From NCBI RefSeq assembly GCF_001729965.1, contig NZ_JRWK01000002.1, forward strand, positions 153,654 through 185,653: a stretch of DNA of 32,000 nucleotides, written 5' to 3'. This stretch comes from Methanosphaera sp. WGK6. GTDB lineage: Archaea > Methanobacteriota > Methanobacteria > Methanobacteriales > Methanobacteriaceae. Position numbers and translations under genes: made by a program. Positions within the stretch are counted from its first letter, which is position 1; every line of letters begins with the position of its first letter. A model generated the notes under the pieces. It was given only the letters and a program-made list of their open reading frames with translations, did not search any database and was not told where the DNA came from. Shown one piece after another: positions 17,569-27,927 of the stretch.

Positions 17569-18792
17569 ATGGAAGAAAATGAACCAATAAATACTATTGA
17601 AGAAGAAGACGTAGAATTAACCAATATATTAGATAAACATGAAGCAATTGAACGTAATTTGACCTGGGAAGTAAGAAAATTAGAAAAAGATAAGGTATTA
17701 TTAGAAAATGAAAATTTAAGATTGGATCGTGAAGTAAAATCATTAAAAAATGAAATAAGTAGATTTAGAACGCCACCTTTAGTATTAGCAACAGTTTCAG
17801 AAATTCTAGAAAATAATCAAGCTGTTGTAAAAAGTAGTACAGGACCATCATTTTTATTAAAATATTCTGAAAAAGATAATGATAGGATAGAAATAGGTTC
17901 AAGAGTAGCATTAAATCAACAAACATTTAGTATAGTTGATATAATCACTTCTGAAAAAGATCCATTAGTATCTGGAATGGAGATAGATGAAAAACCAGAT
18001 ATTAGTTATGATAAAATAGGTGGATTAAAAGAACAAATAAGAGAAACTATAGAAACAGTGGAATTGCCTCTTAAAAATCCACAAATATTTAAGGAAGTAG
18101 GAATTACTCCTCCAAAAGGAGTGTTATTCTATGGACCTCCAGGTACAGGTAAAACATTACTTGCAAAAGCAGTTGCAAATGAAACAAATGCAACTTTTAT
18201 AAAAATAGTAGCATCAGAATTTGTTAAAAAATATATTGGAGAAGGTTCTCGTCTAGTAAGAGGTGTGTTTGAATTAGCAAAAGAGAAATCACCTGCAATA
18301 ATTTTTATTGATGAAATAGATGCAATTGCTGCTAAAAGATTACACGGTTCTACTAGTGGAGATCGTGAAGTTCAAAGAACACTTATGCAATTATTGGCAG
18401 AAATGGATGGATTTGAGTCAAGAGGAAATGTTGGTATTATTGCAGCAACGAATAGGCCAGATATTTTAGATCCTGCATTAGTTAGACCAGGACGTTTTGA
18501 TCGTATAATTGAAGTTCCAGTTCCTGATGAAGAAGGTAAACTTGAAATTCTTAAAATACATACAAAAGATATGTCTTTAGATTCTGATGTTGACTTAAAA
18601 CACATAGCTTCTGAAGCAAAAAATGCTTCTGGTGCAGATCTCAAGTCAATATGTACTGAAGCAGGTATGTTTGCAATAAGAGAAGATCATTATAGTATAT
18701 CTGCTAAAAACTTTGAAGATGCTTTAGATAAAGTAATGAATAAAAATAATAATAATGAATTATCTAAAGAAAGTAGGGTCATGTATAATTAG
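17569..18792 (+). CDS. pan: Proteasome-activating nucleotidase (PAN), AAA+ ATPase
   Basis: N-terminal coiled coil, [35 protein letters not shown], second-region-of-homology [18 protein letters not shown]-terminal HbYX-type tail MYN; AAGGAGG upstream. Confidence 0.96.
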   Translation: MEENEPINTIEEEDVELTNILDKHEAIERNLTWEVRKLEKDKVLLENENLRLDREVKSLKNEISRFRTPPLVLATVSEILENNQAVVKSSTGPSFLLKYSEKDNDRIEIGSRVALNQQTFSIVDIITSEKDPLVSGMEIDEKPDISYDKIGGLKEQIRETIETVELPLKNPQIFKEVGITPPKGVLFYGPPGTGKTLLAKAVANETNATFIKIVASEFVKKYIGEGSRLVRGVFELAKEKSPAIIFIDEIDAIAAKRLHGSTSGDREVQRTLMQLLAEMDGFESRGNVGIIAATNRPDILDPALVRPGRFDRIIEVPVPDEEGKLEILKIHTKDMSLDSDVDLKHIASEAKNASGADLKSICTEAGMFAIREDHYSISAKNFEDALDKVMNKNNNNELSKESRVMYN

Positions 18793-18826
18793 ATAAAATT
18801 TATTTTTTTTTAAAAAAATATTTGAA

Positions 18827-18896
18827 AAAATAGCCTATGATGAACCCTATGAGCTCTGAATATGATGATGAATGATGGGCGATCTGAGGCTATTTT
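18827..18896 (+). ncRNA. Box C/D guide sRNA (unannotated)
   Basis: AAAATAGCC(18827-18835) pairs with GGCTATTTT(18888-18896); C box ATGATGA 18837-18843; 12-nt guide ACCCTATGAGCT 18844-18855; D' box CTGA 18856-18859; C' box ATGATGA 18865-18871; 12-nt guide ATGATGGGCGAT 18872-18883; D box CTGA 18884-18887. Confidence 0.88.
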
Positions 18897-18945
18897 AATT
18901 AACCACCCATTTTTAAAGTTATTTTTAAAAAAAGTAATAAAATAA

Positions 18946-19719
18946 TTAAATAATTTCTTTTAATTCATCAATTGATCTAACAATTCTATGATTTTCTAAT
19001 TTTTTAACATGGGGTCTTGTAACAAGAACTACAGGTATATTTAATTCAAGAGCAGCATTAATTTTTTCTTCAGCTCCTCCACTTTCACCACTTTCTTTAG
19101 TTATAATTGCAGTTACATTGTATTCTTTCATGAGACTCATATTAAATTCTTTGGAGTATGTACCTTGCATCGCAATAATATTTTTTGCAGGAATTCCCGT
19201 ATTTTGGGTTTTAGTAATACTGAATGTGTTTGGAAGAACTCTAACTACTACTTGATTTGGATTAATTTCTTTAACAATTTCAGATAATGTCATAACACCT
19301 GCAAGATGCATTAATTTGTTTTCTTCATTTTTTAACAGAGTTTTAGCTTTTTTAGCACCTTCTATAAAACTAGGTACTTTATAAATTAAATTAGATTTAG
19401 GTAATATTGTTGAAGCTCGTTCATATCTAATATAATTAATTCCTGTTTTCTCACAACTTTCAATTGCTGTCTCTGTTGCAACTGCTGCAAAGGGGTGTGT
19501 TGCATCTATAAGAGTGTCAATTTTTTTTTCTTTAATTACCTTAATAAAATCTTCTTCACATAATGCTTTTGATATAACTTCAGTTGCACCTGCAGATTTA
19601 GCTATTTCTGATCCATAATCCGTAACTGTTGTTGCAAGAATGTAATTATTCTTATCCTCATTTAAAAAATTAATCACTTTCGTTGCATCAGATGTACCGG
19701 ACATTATCATATATCTCAT
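18946..19719 (-). CDS. cbiJ: Precorrin-6A/cobalt-precorrin-6A reductase
   Basis: IMSGTSDATKVINFL, LIDATHPFAAVATETAI, AMQGTYSKEFN, IITKESGESGGAEEKI typical of the CobK/CbiJ family. Confidence 0.9.
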   Translation of the reverse strand: MRYMIMSGTSDATKVINFLNEDKNNYILATTVTDYGSEIAKSAGATEVISKALCEEDFIKVIKEKKIDTLIDATHPFAAVATETAIESCEKTGINYIRYERASTILPKSNLIYKVPSFIEGAKKAKTLLKNEENKLMHLAGVMTLSEIVKEINPNQVVVRVLPNTFSITKTQNTGIPAKNIIAMQGTYSKEFNMSLMKEYNVTAIITKESGESGGAEEKINAALELNIPVVLVTRPHVKKLENHRIVRSIDELKEII

Positions 19720-19952
19720 TTAATATATCTCCATTTTTTTATCCTTTTTTTAGAATATAATATGTTATATTGTATTTATCCTAAATATTTATTATCTTAT
19801 TAAATCTATGATAATTCATTTTATTTGATTTTTTATCTATTTAATTTAGTTAATAAATAATATAGTAATATGGAACAATATTTATTTAATTTGTTCAATA
19901 GAGTATATTATGGATTAAATACTATTTTTTGCAGAGTCAATAAATCATTTTA

Positions 19953-20357
19953 TTATTTTTTTAAAATATATAATGCCATTTTTTTGTAATTAACTAGTTT
20001 TATTTTATTTTGATATTTATAATTTATTTCTTCAGTAAATAATGGTTTAATTAAAATATCACAATTAAATTTTTCAGATAATTTGAAAATATCTGGTTGT
20101 AATTCTTCAGGAGGTCTTATGGAATATATTAAATCGGCATTTTCATATATCTTGGAGGTTGGTTTAGTAATATCATCTTGGATAATTGTTTCATTATATG
20201 GATTAATATCTACTAATTTAATTGTAGTTTGAGGTAATTTTTGTTTAAGAATTGTACTAGGTTCTAATATTTTACCAACTCCTACTTCAATTATTTTGTT
20301 ACTATGTCCATAGTTTTGAATTATGTATTCTGAAAAGTTTTCCCATATTTTACTCAT
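19953..20357 (-). CDS. UPF0146 family protein
   Basis: KIIEVGVGKILEPSTIL, DLIYSIRPPEELQPDI, ILIKPL; small SAM-methyltransferase-like protein. Confidence 0.75.
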   Translation of the reverse strand: MSKIWENFSEYIIQNYGHSNKIIEVGVGKILEPSTILKQKLPQTTIKLVDINPYNETIIQDDITKPTSKIYENADLIYSIRPPEELQPDIFKLSEKFNCDILIKPLFTEEINYKYQNKIKLVNYKKMALYILKK

Positions 20358-20610
20358 ATTTATGATCCTCCTTTTTTTAGTTATTATTTAATTTTTAGTT
20401 CATGTATATAACAAGGAATTTGTTGGGTTTTTTATAGTTAATGTATGTTCTAATTTAGAAAAAAATATTTTTTTTTGATAGATTATTATTATTTAATTAT
20501 TTTGTAATTATATGCTGTTTTTTTAGTATTAAATGTATTTTATTCTATTATTATATTAATTACTTAATTATAAAAATATATAATTATATATTATTTTAAT
20601 GGGATGAGTT

Positions 20611-21048
20611 ATGATTATACGTGATTTTAGACTATCTGATTTGGATGATGTTCTGCGGATTGAATTCAATGAATTTAAAGATCCATATCCTGTTGATATT
20701 TTAGTACAACTATATAATTGTGGAGCAGGATTTTTAGTAGCTGAAGTTGCACAAAAGATAATTGGTTATATTATTTTTTGGATAAAAGATGGTTTTGGTC
20801 ATATTATTGTAATAGCTGTTGATCATAATTATCAAAGTATGCATATAGGGTCAGTACTATTGGAAAAAGCACTTTATTTGTTTAAACGAAATAATATTGG
20901 TGTGGTTAGATTAGAAGTTCGTAAATCTAATATTCGTGCAATAAAATTTTATCAAAAAAATGGTTTTATAAAAATAGCTGAAGAAGACAATTATTATGCG
21001 GATTATGAGTCAGCAATAATTATGCAGTATTCAAATCCGAACAGTTAA
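20611..21048 (+). CDS. GNAT N-acetyltransferase (RimI-like)
   Basis: MIIRDFRLSDLDDVLRIE, IIVIAVDHNYQSMHIGSVLLEKAL, LEVRKSNIRAIKFYQKNGF. Confidence 0.88.
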   Translation: MIIRDFRLSDLDDVLRIEFNEFKDPYPVDILVQLYNCGAGFLVAEVAQKIIGYIIFWIKDGFGHIIVIAVDHNYQSMHIGSVLLEKALYLFKRNNIGVVRLEVRKSNIRAIKFYQKNGFIKIAEEDNYYADYESAIIMQYSNPNS

Positions 21049-21466
21049 TTTACTTTTTTTTCTTAATTTACCGTTACTTTTTTTTAGTATTAACTACTAT
21101 ATATTAATATTAGAAATGGGCATTTGAAATTTTATTAAAAAATAATTTCTAATATAAATATATTTCATTTTAATTTAAAAATAATTGTATAAATAATTTT
21201 ATTTTAATAGAAGTGTATTTTATGGAACGTTAATTTAATTAAAAATATTTATTAAAGTTTTTTTTAATAATATAATTTAATTAGGTATGTAATTGATGTA
21301 ATATATTATAATTTAGAGATTAAATGTATTTTGATGTTAATTATATTCTTTTAAATTATTCAAAGTTCATTATCAATTCGTTAAATAAATCAAATAAGTA
21401 ATAATAGTTTTTAGGTGTTTTAAACCTATTATATTATTTCTATAATTAAAAATCGGGGTTTTTAAA

Positions 21467-22549
21467 GTGGTAAAGACTGCAAAATTAGCGTTGGAAGATG
21501 GTACAATTTTAGAAGGAGAAGGGTTTGGTGCTGAAACTGTTAAATCTGGAGAAATTGTATTTTCAACCGCAATGACTGGATATGTTGAATCTTTAACTGA
21601 TCCATCCTTCAAGGGTCAAATATTAATGTCAACGTATCCATTAGAAGGAAATTATGGAGTATCATCTGAATGGTATCAATCAGATGATGTTAAAGTAGAA
21701 GCATATATAGTAAGACAAGTATGTACAGAACCTTGTCATCCAAAATCTGAAAAAACATTGCCTGAATTTTTGGAAGAATTTGGAGTTCCAGGTATTAGTA
21801 ACATAGATACAAGAGCTTTAACATTAAAAATTAGAGAATTAGGTTCAATGAAAGCAGCTGTAGCTAACATTGATATTAGTGATGAAGAATTACTTAAAAT
21901 AGTTCAGGAACAAGTACCTTTAGAGGATAGAATGTTAGTTAATGAAGTTTCTGTAAAAGAACCAAAAATAATTCAGGAACGAAAAGAATATAATGTCGCT
22001 GTTTTGGATTGTGGAGTAAAAAAGAATATCTTAAACCATTTAACACGACGTAATGTGGGGGTTGTTTTAATTCCACCTACAACAAGTGTGGAAGATATTT
22101 TAGAATTAGATGTTGATGGAATACTAATTTCTAGTGGTCCAGGTAATCCTGAAAATGTAGATAAAATTCAGGATACAATTAGAAACTTATCTCAAAAAAT
22201 GCCTATTGCTGGAATTTGTTTAGGTCAACAGATAATAGCATTAAGTTTTGGAGCGAAAATATATAAAATGAAATTTGGACATAGAGGTTCAAATCAACCA
22301 GTACAAGATATCGCTACTGGAAAAGTATATATGACTTCCCAAAATCATAGTTTTTCAATTGATGAAGAATCAATAAAAGATACAGGTTTAGAAATAACTC
22401 AAATTAACTTAAATGATGGAACACCTGAAGCTTTAAAACATAAAACATTACCTATATTCAGTATTCAATATCATCCAGAAGCTGGACCAGGACCACATGA
22501 TTCTAACAGATTCTTTGATGAGTTTATAGAAGTAATTAAAAGTCATTAG
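21467..22549 (+). CDS. carA: Carbamoyl-phosphate synthase small subunit
   Basis: [64 protein letters not shown]; GTG start. Confidence 0.96.
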   Translation: MVKTAKLALEDGTILEGEGFGAETVKSGEIVFSTAMTGYVESLTDPSFKGQILMSTYPLEGNYGVSSEWYQSDDVKVEAYIVRQVCTEPCHPKSEKTLPEFLEEFGVPGISNIDTRALTLKIRELGSMKAAVANIDISDEELLKIVQEQVPLEDRMLVNEVSVKEPKIIQERKEYNVAVLDCGVKKNILNHLTRRNVGVVLIPPTTSVEDILELDVDGILISSGPGNPENVDKIQDTIRNLSQKMPIAGICLGQQIIALSFGAKIYKMKFGHRGSNQPVQDIATGKVYMTSQNHSFSIDEESIKDTGLEITQINLNDGTPEALKHKTLPIFSIQYHPEAGPGPHDSNRFFDEFIEVIKSH

Positions 22550-22594
22550 ATAGACTATGCCATATTCAATACATTTTTTTAGGAGTTAGTAATT

Positions 22595-25500
22595 ATGCCG
22601 AAGGATAAAGATATTAAAAAAGTATTAATAATTGGTTCAGGACCTATACAAATAGGACAAGCAGCTGAATTTGATTATTCCGGATCTCAAGCATGTAAAT
22701 CTCTAAGAGAAGAACATGTAGAAACAGTTTTAGTAAACAGTAATCCTGCTACTATTCAAACAGATATTGATTCAGCAGATAAAGTATATGTTGAACCATT
22801 AACTGCAGAAGTAGTAGCAAAAATAATTGAAAAAGAACAAGTAGATGCAATATTACCAACAATGGGTGGACAAACAGGTTTAAACATTGCTATAGATTTG
22901 GATAAAATAGGGGCACTTGATGGAATTAAAGTATTGGGTTCACCAATTGAAACTATTAACAATGTAGAAGACCGTGATTTATTTGCAGAATTTATGGATA
23001 AACTGGATGAACCTATACCAAAATGTCATGCAATAAATACCTTAGAAGAAGCTTATCAAGCCGTTGAAGATATTGGGTATCCAGTTATTGTAAGACCTGC
23101 ATTTACATTAGGTGGAACTGGTGGTGGTGTAGCAAACAACAAAAAAGAATTAGAAGAAATCGTAAATCATGGTTTAGATATGAGTTTTATCAACCAAGTA
23201 TTAATTGATGAATCAGTTCTTGGATGGGAAGAATTTGAATATGAAGTCATGAGAGATAAAAATGATTCATGCATCATAGTATGTAATATGGAAAATATAG
23301 ACCCAATGGGAATACATACTGGTGAAAGTACTGTTGTAGCTCCAACACAAACACTATCTGATGAAGATAATCAAAGATTACGTAATGCATCAATAAAAAT
23401 TATCCGAGCTTTAGGAATATGTGGTGGATGTAATATTCAATTTGCAGTACATCCAGAAACTAAGGAATACAAAGTAATTGAAGTAAATCCTAGGGTAAGT
23501 AGAAGTAGTGCATTAGCATCAAAAGCGACTGGATATTCAATTGCAAAAGTATCCTCAAAAATCGCTTTAGGAATGACATTAGATGAAATTAAAAATGATA
23601 TTACTAAAGAAACTCCTGCTTCATTTGAACCTGCAATAGATTATGTAATTGCAAAAATACCACGATGGCCTTTCGATAAATTCAAGGGAAACACTGGTGA
23701 ATTAGGTGTTCAAATGCAGTCTACTGGTGAAGTAATGGCAATAGGAAGAACTATTGAAGAAGCATTACATAAAGCTATAAGATCATTAGATATAGATCAA
23801 GAAGCATTTGAATACACAGAATACACAGATTATGATTTAGAACATGCTACTGATGAAAGAATCTTTGAATTATACTCTGCAGTAAAAGATGGAAGACCTA
23901 TTGAAGAACTTGCAGAAATAACGAAAATAAATCCATTCTTTATTAATAAAATTAAAAACATCTGTGATATGGAAGATTTGATTCAAGAAAATGGAATAGA
24001 TGTATTATCTGATGCTAAATTATTTAGAAAAATTAAACAATATGGATTTTCTGATAAACGCATAGGTCAATTAATTGATGAGGATGAAACTACTATTTTC
24101 AAAGCAAGACATGAAATTGGTTTAATACCTGAATATAAAATGGTAGATACATGTGCTGCAGAATTCGAAGCTAAAACACCATATTACTATGGAACTTATG
24201 ATTCAGCACCACAAGAAGAAAAAGATGATAAAAAGAAAATAGTTGTTTTAGGTGCAGGTCCAATAAGAATTGGTCAAGGAATAGAATTTGATTACTGTTG
24301 TGTACATGCTGCATTAGCATTAAAAGATGATGATGTTGAAACAATACTTATAAATAATAACCCCGAAACAGTAAGTACTGATTATGATATATCTGATAAA
24401 CTATACTTTGAACCTTTAACAAAAGAGGATGTATTAGCAGTATTAGAAAAAGAAAATCCTTATGGTGTAATTGTACAATTTGGAGGACAGACTTCAATTA
24501 ACTTAGCTCAAAGTATAAGTGAAGCAGGATATAAAATATTAGGTACTCCTTTTGAAAGTATTGACATGGTAGAAGATCGTGAACAATTCACAGAGGTACT
24601 TAATGAATTAGATATTCCACAAGCAGATTATGGAATAGCAAATTCACTTGATGATGCAAGAGAAGTAGCACATTCAATAGGGTTCCCAGTACTTGTAAGA
24701 CCATCATATGTTCTTGGTGGACGAGCAATGGAAATAGTATATGATGATGATGCACTAGATGACTATATGAAAGAAGCAGTAAAAGTATCTAAAGAACATC
24801 CAATTCTTGTAGATAAATTCTTAGAAGATTCTATAGAATTAGATGTGGATGCTCTTTCAGATGGTGAAGATGTGTATGTATGTGGAATAATGGAACATAT
24901 CGAAGAAGCAGGTATACATTCTGGAGATTCTGCATGTGTAATTCCACCTCAAAGTGTTCCACAAGAAATAATAACACAAGTAGAAGAATACACTAAAAAA
25001 CTCGCATTAAAACTAGGGGTCATTGGATTAATAAACATTCAATATGCAATTAAAATGGATGAAGAACCAAAATTATATATTATTGAAGCAAATCCTCGTG
25101 CAAGTCGTACAGTTCCATTTGTAAGTAAATCAATTGGAATCCCAATTGCAAAAATCGCATCTAAATTAATGTTAGGCTCTAAATTAAAAGATTTTGATTT
25201 AGTAAATTATGCTGATATAAAGCATGTATCTGTAAAAGAGTCAGTATTCCCATTCTTAAAAATACCTGATGCAGATGCAGTACTTGGTCCAGAAATGAAA
25301 TCTACTGGGGAAAGTATGGGTATAGATAAAAACTTTGGATTAGCATATTATAAAGCACAATTAGCTGCAAATATGAAATTACCAACAGAAGGTAAAATAT
25401 TTTTAAGTGTAAGAGATTTGGATAAACCTAAAATAGCACCAATAGCTAAAAAAGCTAAAGAGTTAGGTTTTGACTTGATAGCAACAAGAGGTACTGCTGA

Positions 25501-25780
25501 AGCAGCTCCTGATGTGGAAATTGATGTAATTAGAAAAGTAAGTCAAGGTTCACCAAATATTAGAGATGCAATGTTAAATGGTGAAGTTGCATTTGTAATT
25601 AATACTCCATCTGGAAAACAATCTGCAGATGATGGTTATATTATCCGAAGATTAACTATTGAATTAGGAATTCCTTATGTAACAACAATTGCTGGGGCAA
25701 ATGCAGTTCTTAAAGCAATAGAAGAAGCAGGTTCTGGAGAATTTAATGTAAAATCATTAAATGAGTATGGTGAATTATAA
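22595..25780 (+). CDS. carB: Carbamoyl-phosphate synthase large subunit
   Basis: 1061 aa full length; VLIIGSGPIQIGQAAEFDYSGSQACKSLREE, MGGQTGLN, two ATP-grasp halves, C-terminal MGS-like domain. Confidence 0.98.
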   Translation: MPKDKDIKKVLIIGSGPIQIGQAAEFDYSGSQACKSLREEHVETVLVNSNPATIQTDIDSADKVYVEPLTAEVVAKIIEKEQVDAILPTMGGQTGLNIAIDLDKIGALDGIKVLGSPIETINNVEDRDLFAEFMDKLDEPIPKCHAINTLEEAYQAVEDIGYPVIVRPAFTLGGTGGGVANNKKELEEIVNHGLDMSFINQVLIDESVLGWEEFEYEVMRDKNDSCIIVCNMENIDPMGIHTGESTVVAPTQTLSDEDNQRLRNASIKIIRALGICGGCNIQFAVHPETKEYKVIEVNPRVSRSSALASKATGYSIAKVSSKIALGMTLDEIKNDITKETPASFEPAIDYVIAKIPRWPFDKFKGNTGELGVQMQSTGEVMAIGRTIEEALHKAIRSLDIDQEAFEYTEYTDYDLEHATDERIFELYSAVKDGRPIEELAEITKINPFFINKIKNICDMEDLIQENGIDVLSDAKLFRKIKQYGFSDKRIGQLIDEDETTIFKARHEIGLIPEYKMVDTCAAEFEAKTPYYYGTYDSAPQEEKDDKKKIVVLGAGPIRIGQGIEFDYCCVHAALALKDDDVETILINNNPETVSTDYDISDKLYFEPLTKEDVLAVLEKENPYGVIVQFGGQTSINLAQSISEAGYKILGTPFESIDMVEDREQFTEVLNELDIPQADYGIANSLDDAREVAHSIGFPVLVRPSYVLGGRAMEIVYDDDALDDYMKEAVKVSKEHPILVDKFLEDSIELDVDALSDGEDVYVCGIMEHIEEAGIHSGDSACVIPPQSVPQEIITQVEEYTKKLALKLGVIGLINIQYAIKMDEEPKLYIIEANPRASRTVPFVSKSIGIPIAKIASKLMLGSKLKDFDLVNYADIKHVSVKESVFPFLKIPDADAVLGPEMKSTGESMGIDKNFGLAYYKAQLAANMKLPTEGKIFLSVRDLDKPKIAPIAKKAKELGFDLIATRGTAEAAPDVEIDVIRKVSQGSPNIRDAMLNGEVAFVINTPSGKQSADDGYIIRRLTIELGIPYVTTIAGANAVLKAIEEAGSGEFNVKSLNEYGEL

Positions 25781-25844
25781 TTTACTTCTCTTTAACCTTC
25801 TTAAATCTTTTTTTTTATAATTTATTTTATGAGATGATTTTTTC

Positions 25845-26987
25845 ATGATAACTATTAAAAATGGATTAGTTCTCACAGGAATTAATCTTGAACCCGTTCA
25901 AACAAATGTTGTAATAAATGATGATGGACGTATAATTAAATTATCACCTCACTATGAAGAAGGTGAAATAATTGATGCTACAAATTGTATTGTAATGCCT
26001 GCCTTTATAAATGCACATATTCATATAGGAGACTCTATAGTAAAAGATGTGGGAGATGGTTTATCAATAAAAGAATTGGTTGAACCACCTAATGGACTAA
26101 AACATCAAAAATTAAAAGAAGTTAATGACGATGAAATAATTGAAGCAATGCATGAATCAGCAAAAGAAATGTTATATTCAGGAATATCTACTTTTATTGA
26201 TTTTAGAGAAGGTGGTTTAAAAGGAATTGAATTATTAAAGAAAGCAACTTATGATCTTCCGATTAATGCATGTATTTTAGGTAGAAGTGATGAATATTAT
26301 AGTTCCACTATAACTCCAAATGAGGCACGATTAATCACTAGAGAATTATTACAATACTGTGATGGTATAGGTTTAAGTGGTATTAATGATATTGATCCGG
26401 AAATTATATTACAAATAGCAGAAGTATGTAATGATGAAGATAAAATAGCAATGATTCATGTTGCTGAATATTATGAACTACAAGAAAAATCAATTCAACT
26501 AACTAATCAAACAGAAGTTGAACGAGCATTACGTGCAGGTTTCACTAATTTAGTACATGTAACACATCCTATCATGCAAGACCTTGATTTAATAAATGCA
26601 TCAAGTCCATTTATTATTTCATGTCCAAGATCTAATGGAATGTTATCAGTAGGTATTCCACCAATATCTGCATATGTTGAGGATGGAATTGATGTGGCAT
26701 TAGGTACTGATAATGTAATGTTTAATAAACCCGACATGTTTAGAGAAATGGAATATGCATTAAAATCTGTAAGGGGAGCTTATAAAAATAAAATAACTGC
26801 AAAAGATATTTTAAAAATGGCTACTATAAATGGTTTTAAAATATTAGGTAAGGATATTAGTATACAAGAGAATAATATATCAGATATACTTGTTATTCGA
26901 AGAAAATCTGAAGATCCTTATTTATCCGTTGTAAATAGGTCTTCTTCTGAAGATATTGTTAATTTTATCATGGGAAATCAAATGTAA
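25845..26987 (+). CDS. Amidohydrolase-family metal-dependent hydrolase
   Basis: VMPAFINAHIHIGDS, STFIDFREGG, AMIHVAEY, VALGTDNVMFN; ATG start. Confidence 0.85.
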   Translation: MITIKNGLVLTGINLEPVQTNVVINDDGRIIKLSPHYEEGEIIDATNCIVMPAFINAHIHIGDSIVKDVGDGLSIKELVEPPNGLKHQKLKEVNDDEIIEAMHESAKEMLYSGISTFIDFREGGLKGIELLKKATYDLPINACILGRSDEYYSSTITPNEARLITRELLQYCDGIGLSGINDIDPEIILQIAEVCNDEDKIAMIHVAEYYELQEKSIQLTNQTEVERALRAGFTNLVHVTHPIMQDLDLINASSPFIISCPRSNGMLSVGIPPISAYVEDGIDVALGTDNVMFNKPDMFREMEYALKSVRGAYKNKITAKDILKMATINGFKILGKDISIQENNISDILVIRRKSEDPYLSVVNRSSSEDIVNFIMGNQM

Positions 26988-27026
26988 AAAAAAGTAGACT
27001 TATATGTCTAATTATAATAACATTGT

Positions 27027-27482
27027 TTAATATTTATTTTTATTTTCATTCATTTCTTTTTTATTATTTTTTTCTAATTCTTCTCTTGTTATAAAGTGTT
27101 GTTCAAGTTGTTTACGAATTTCATTGGGAATTGTTTTACTTTCTTGTTTAATAAAATCAAAATATACAATAACTGTTGAACCATTATCTCTTAGTTGTCC
27201 ATTTTGCCATGCTTCTTGAAATACTGTGAATGAACTATTACCTATTTTGCTAATATAAGTTCTTATTTCAACATCATGTCCATAATATATTTGTTTTAAA
27301 TAATTATATTCTGCATGAACCATGATAAGATTCCATTTTTTATAAGTTAATTCAAGATCAGGTACAAATATTTTGAAAATAGGGTTTCGTGCAGTTTCAA
27401 ACCAAAGTGGAATATTATTATTATTTATATGTCGTAGTCCATCAGTTTCACCCATACGTGGTGTAATAATAGTTTTATACAT
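27027..27482 (-). CDS. Hotdog-fold acyl-CoA thioesterase (4HBT/YbgC-like)
   Basis: TPRMGETDGLRHINNNNIPLWFETARN, YGHDVEIRTYISKIGNSSFTVFQE. Confidence 0.8.
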   Translation of the reverse strand: MYKTIITPRMGETDGLRHINNNNIPLWFETARNPIFKIFVPDLELTYKKWNLIMVHAEYNYLKQIYYGHDVEIRTYISKIGNSSFTVFQEAWQNGQLRDNGSTVIVYFDFIKQESKTIPNEIRKQLEQHFITREELEKNNKKEMNENKNKY

Positions 27483-27535
27483 AATTTTGTTCCTCTATTA
27501 ATTATTTTTAATTTTTTTTTAAAAAAAGAAGGTGG

Positions 27536-27910
27536 TTAGAATGTGTTTTCAATAATTGTTTTAATAGATAAACTATCGTTTGTATCATTGGTTGTATTAT
27601 TGGTTATATTTGTATTATTTTTAGTAATATTCGTGTAATTTGTTGTATTTGTTGTATTATATGTAGTGATATTTGTTGTATGATTTGTACTTGAATTATT
27701 TGTTGAATTGTTTAGTGTTATATTTTTAGCTTCAAATGAGTTTTCTTTAATTACATTTAATGTATTCGATGGTTCTGTTAATGATGTTGGAATAATTTCT
27801 TTACTTATTGTTTCACCAATATGGTTCATTCCAAATACTGTTCCACTACTCATTGCTAGTAATGAGACTAATAATATGATTATAAGTCCACTTTTACTAC
27901 TATCATTCAT
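27536..27910 (-). CDS. Small secreted or anchored Asn/Thr-rich protein
   Basis: N-terminal hydrophobic stretch GLIIILLVSLLAMSSGTVFG; then a dense NNST/NITN/NTTN/NYTN tract; GGTGAT ribosome-binding site before ATG. Confidence 0.6.
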   Translation of the reverse strand: MNDSSKSGLIIILLVSLLAMSSGTVFGMNHIGETISKEIIPTSLTEPSNTLNVIKENSFEAKNITLNNSTNNSSTNHTTNITTYNTTNTTNYTNITKNNTNITNNTTNDTNDSLSIKTIIENTF

Positions 27911-27927
27911 AGTATCACCATTTTTTT

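Noticed and set aside
22756-22962. Antisense ORFs inside carB, carA, pan, glmS, the ATP-grasp gene, the methyltransferase, the amidohydrolase and purQ (e.g. 22756-22962, 21373-21612, 18372-18644, 28613-28813, 7331-7657, 6068-6382, 26507-26737, 31123-31338)
   Set aside because: They overlap strongly supported genes on the opposite strand, have no recognisable domain or signal, and are typical shadow ORFs.
27697-27850. Short near-repeats in the Asn/Thr-rich coding tract as a possible CRISPR or DNA repeat array
   Set aside because: The repeats are short, irregular ATT/GTA/TGT codon-level repeats from low-complexity protein sequence; there are no conserved repeat-spacer units, and no CRISPR array is seen anywhere in the window.
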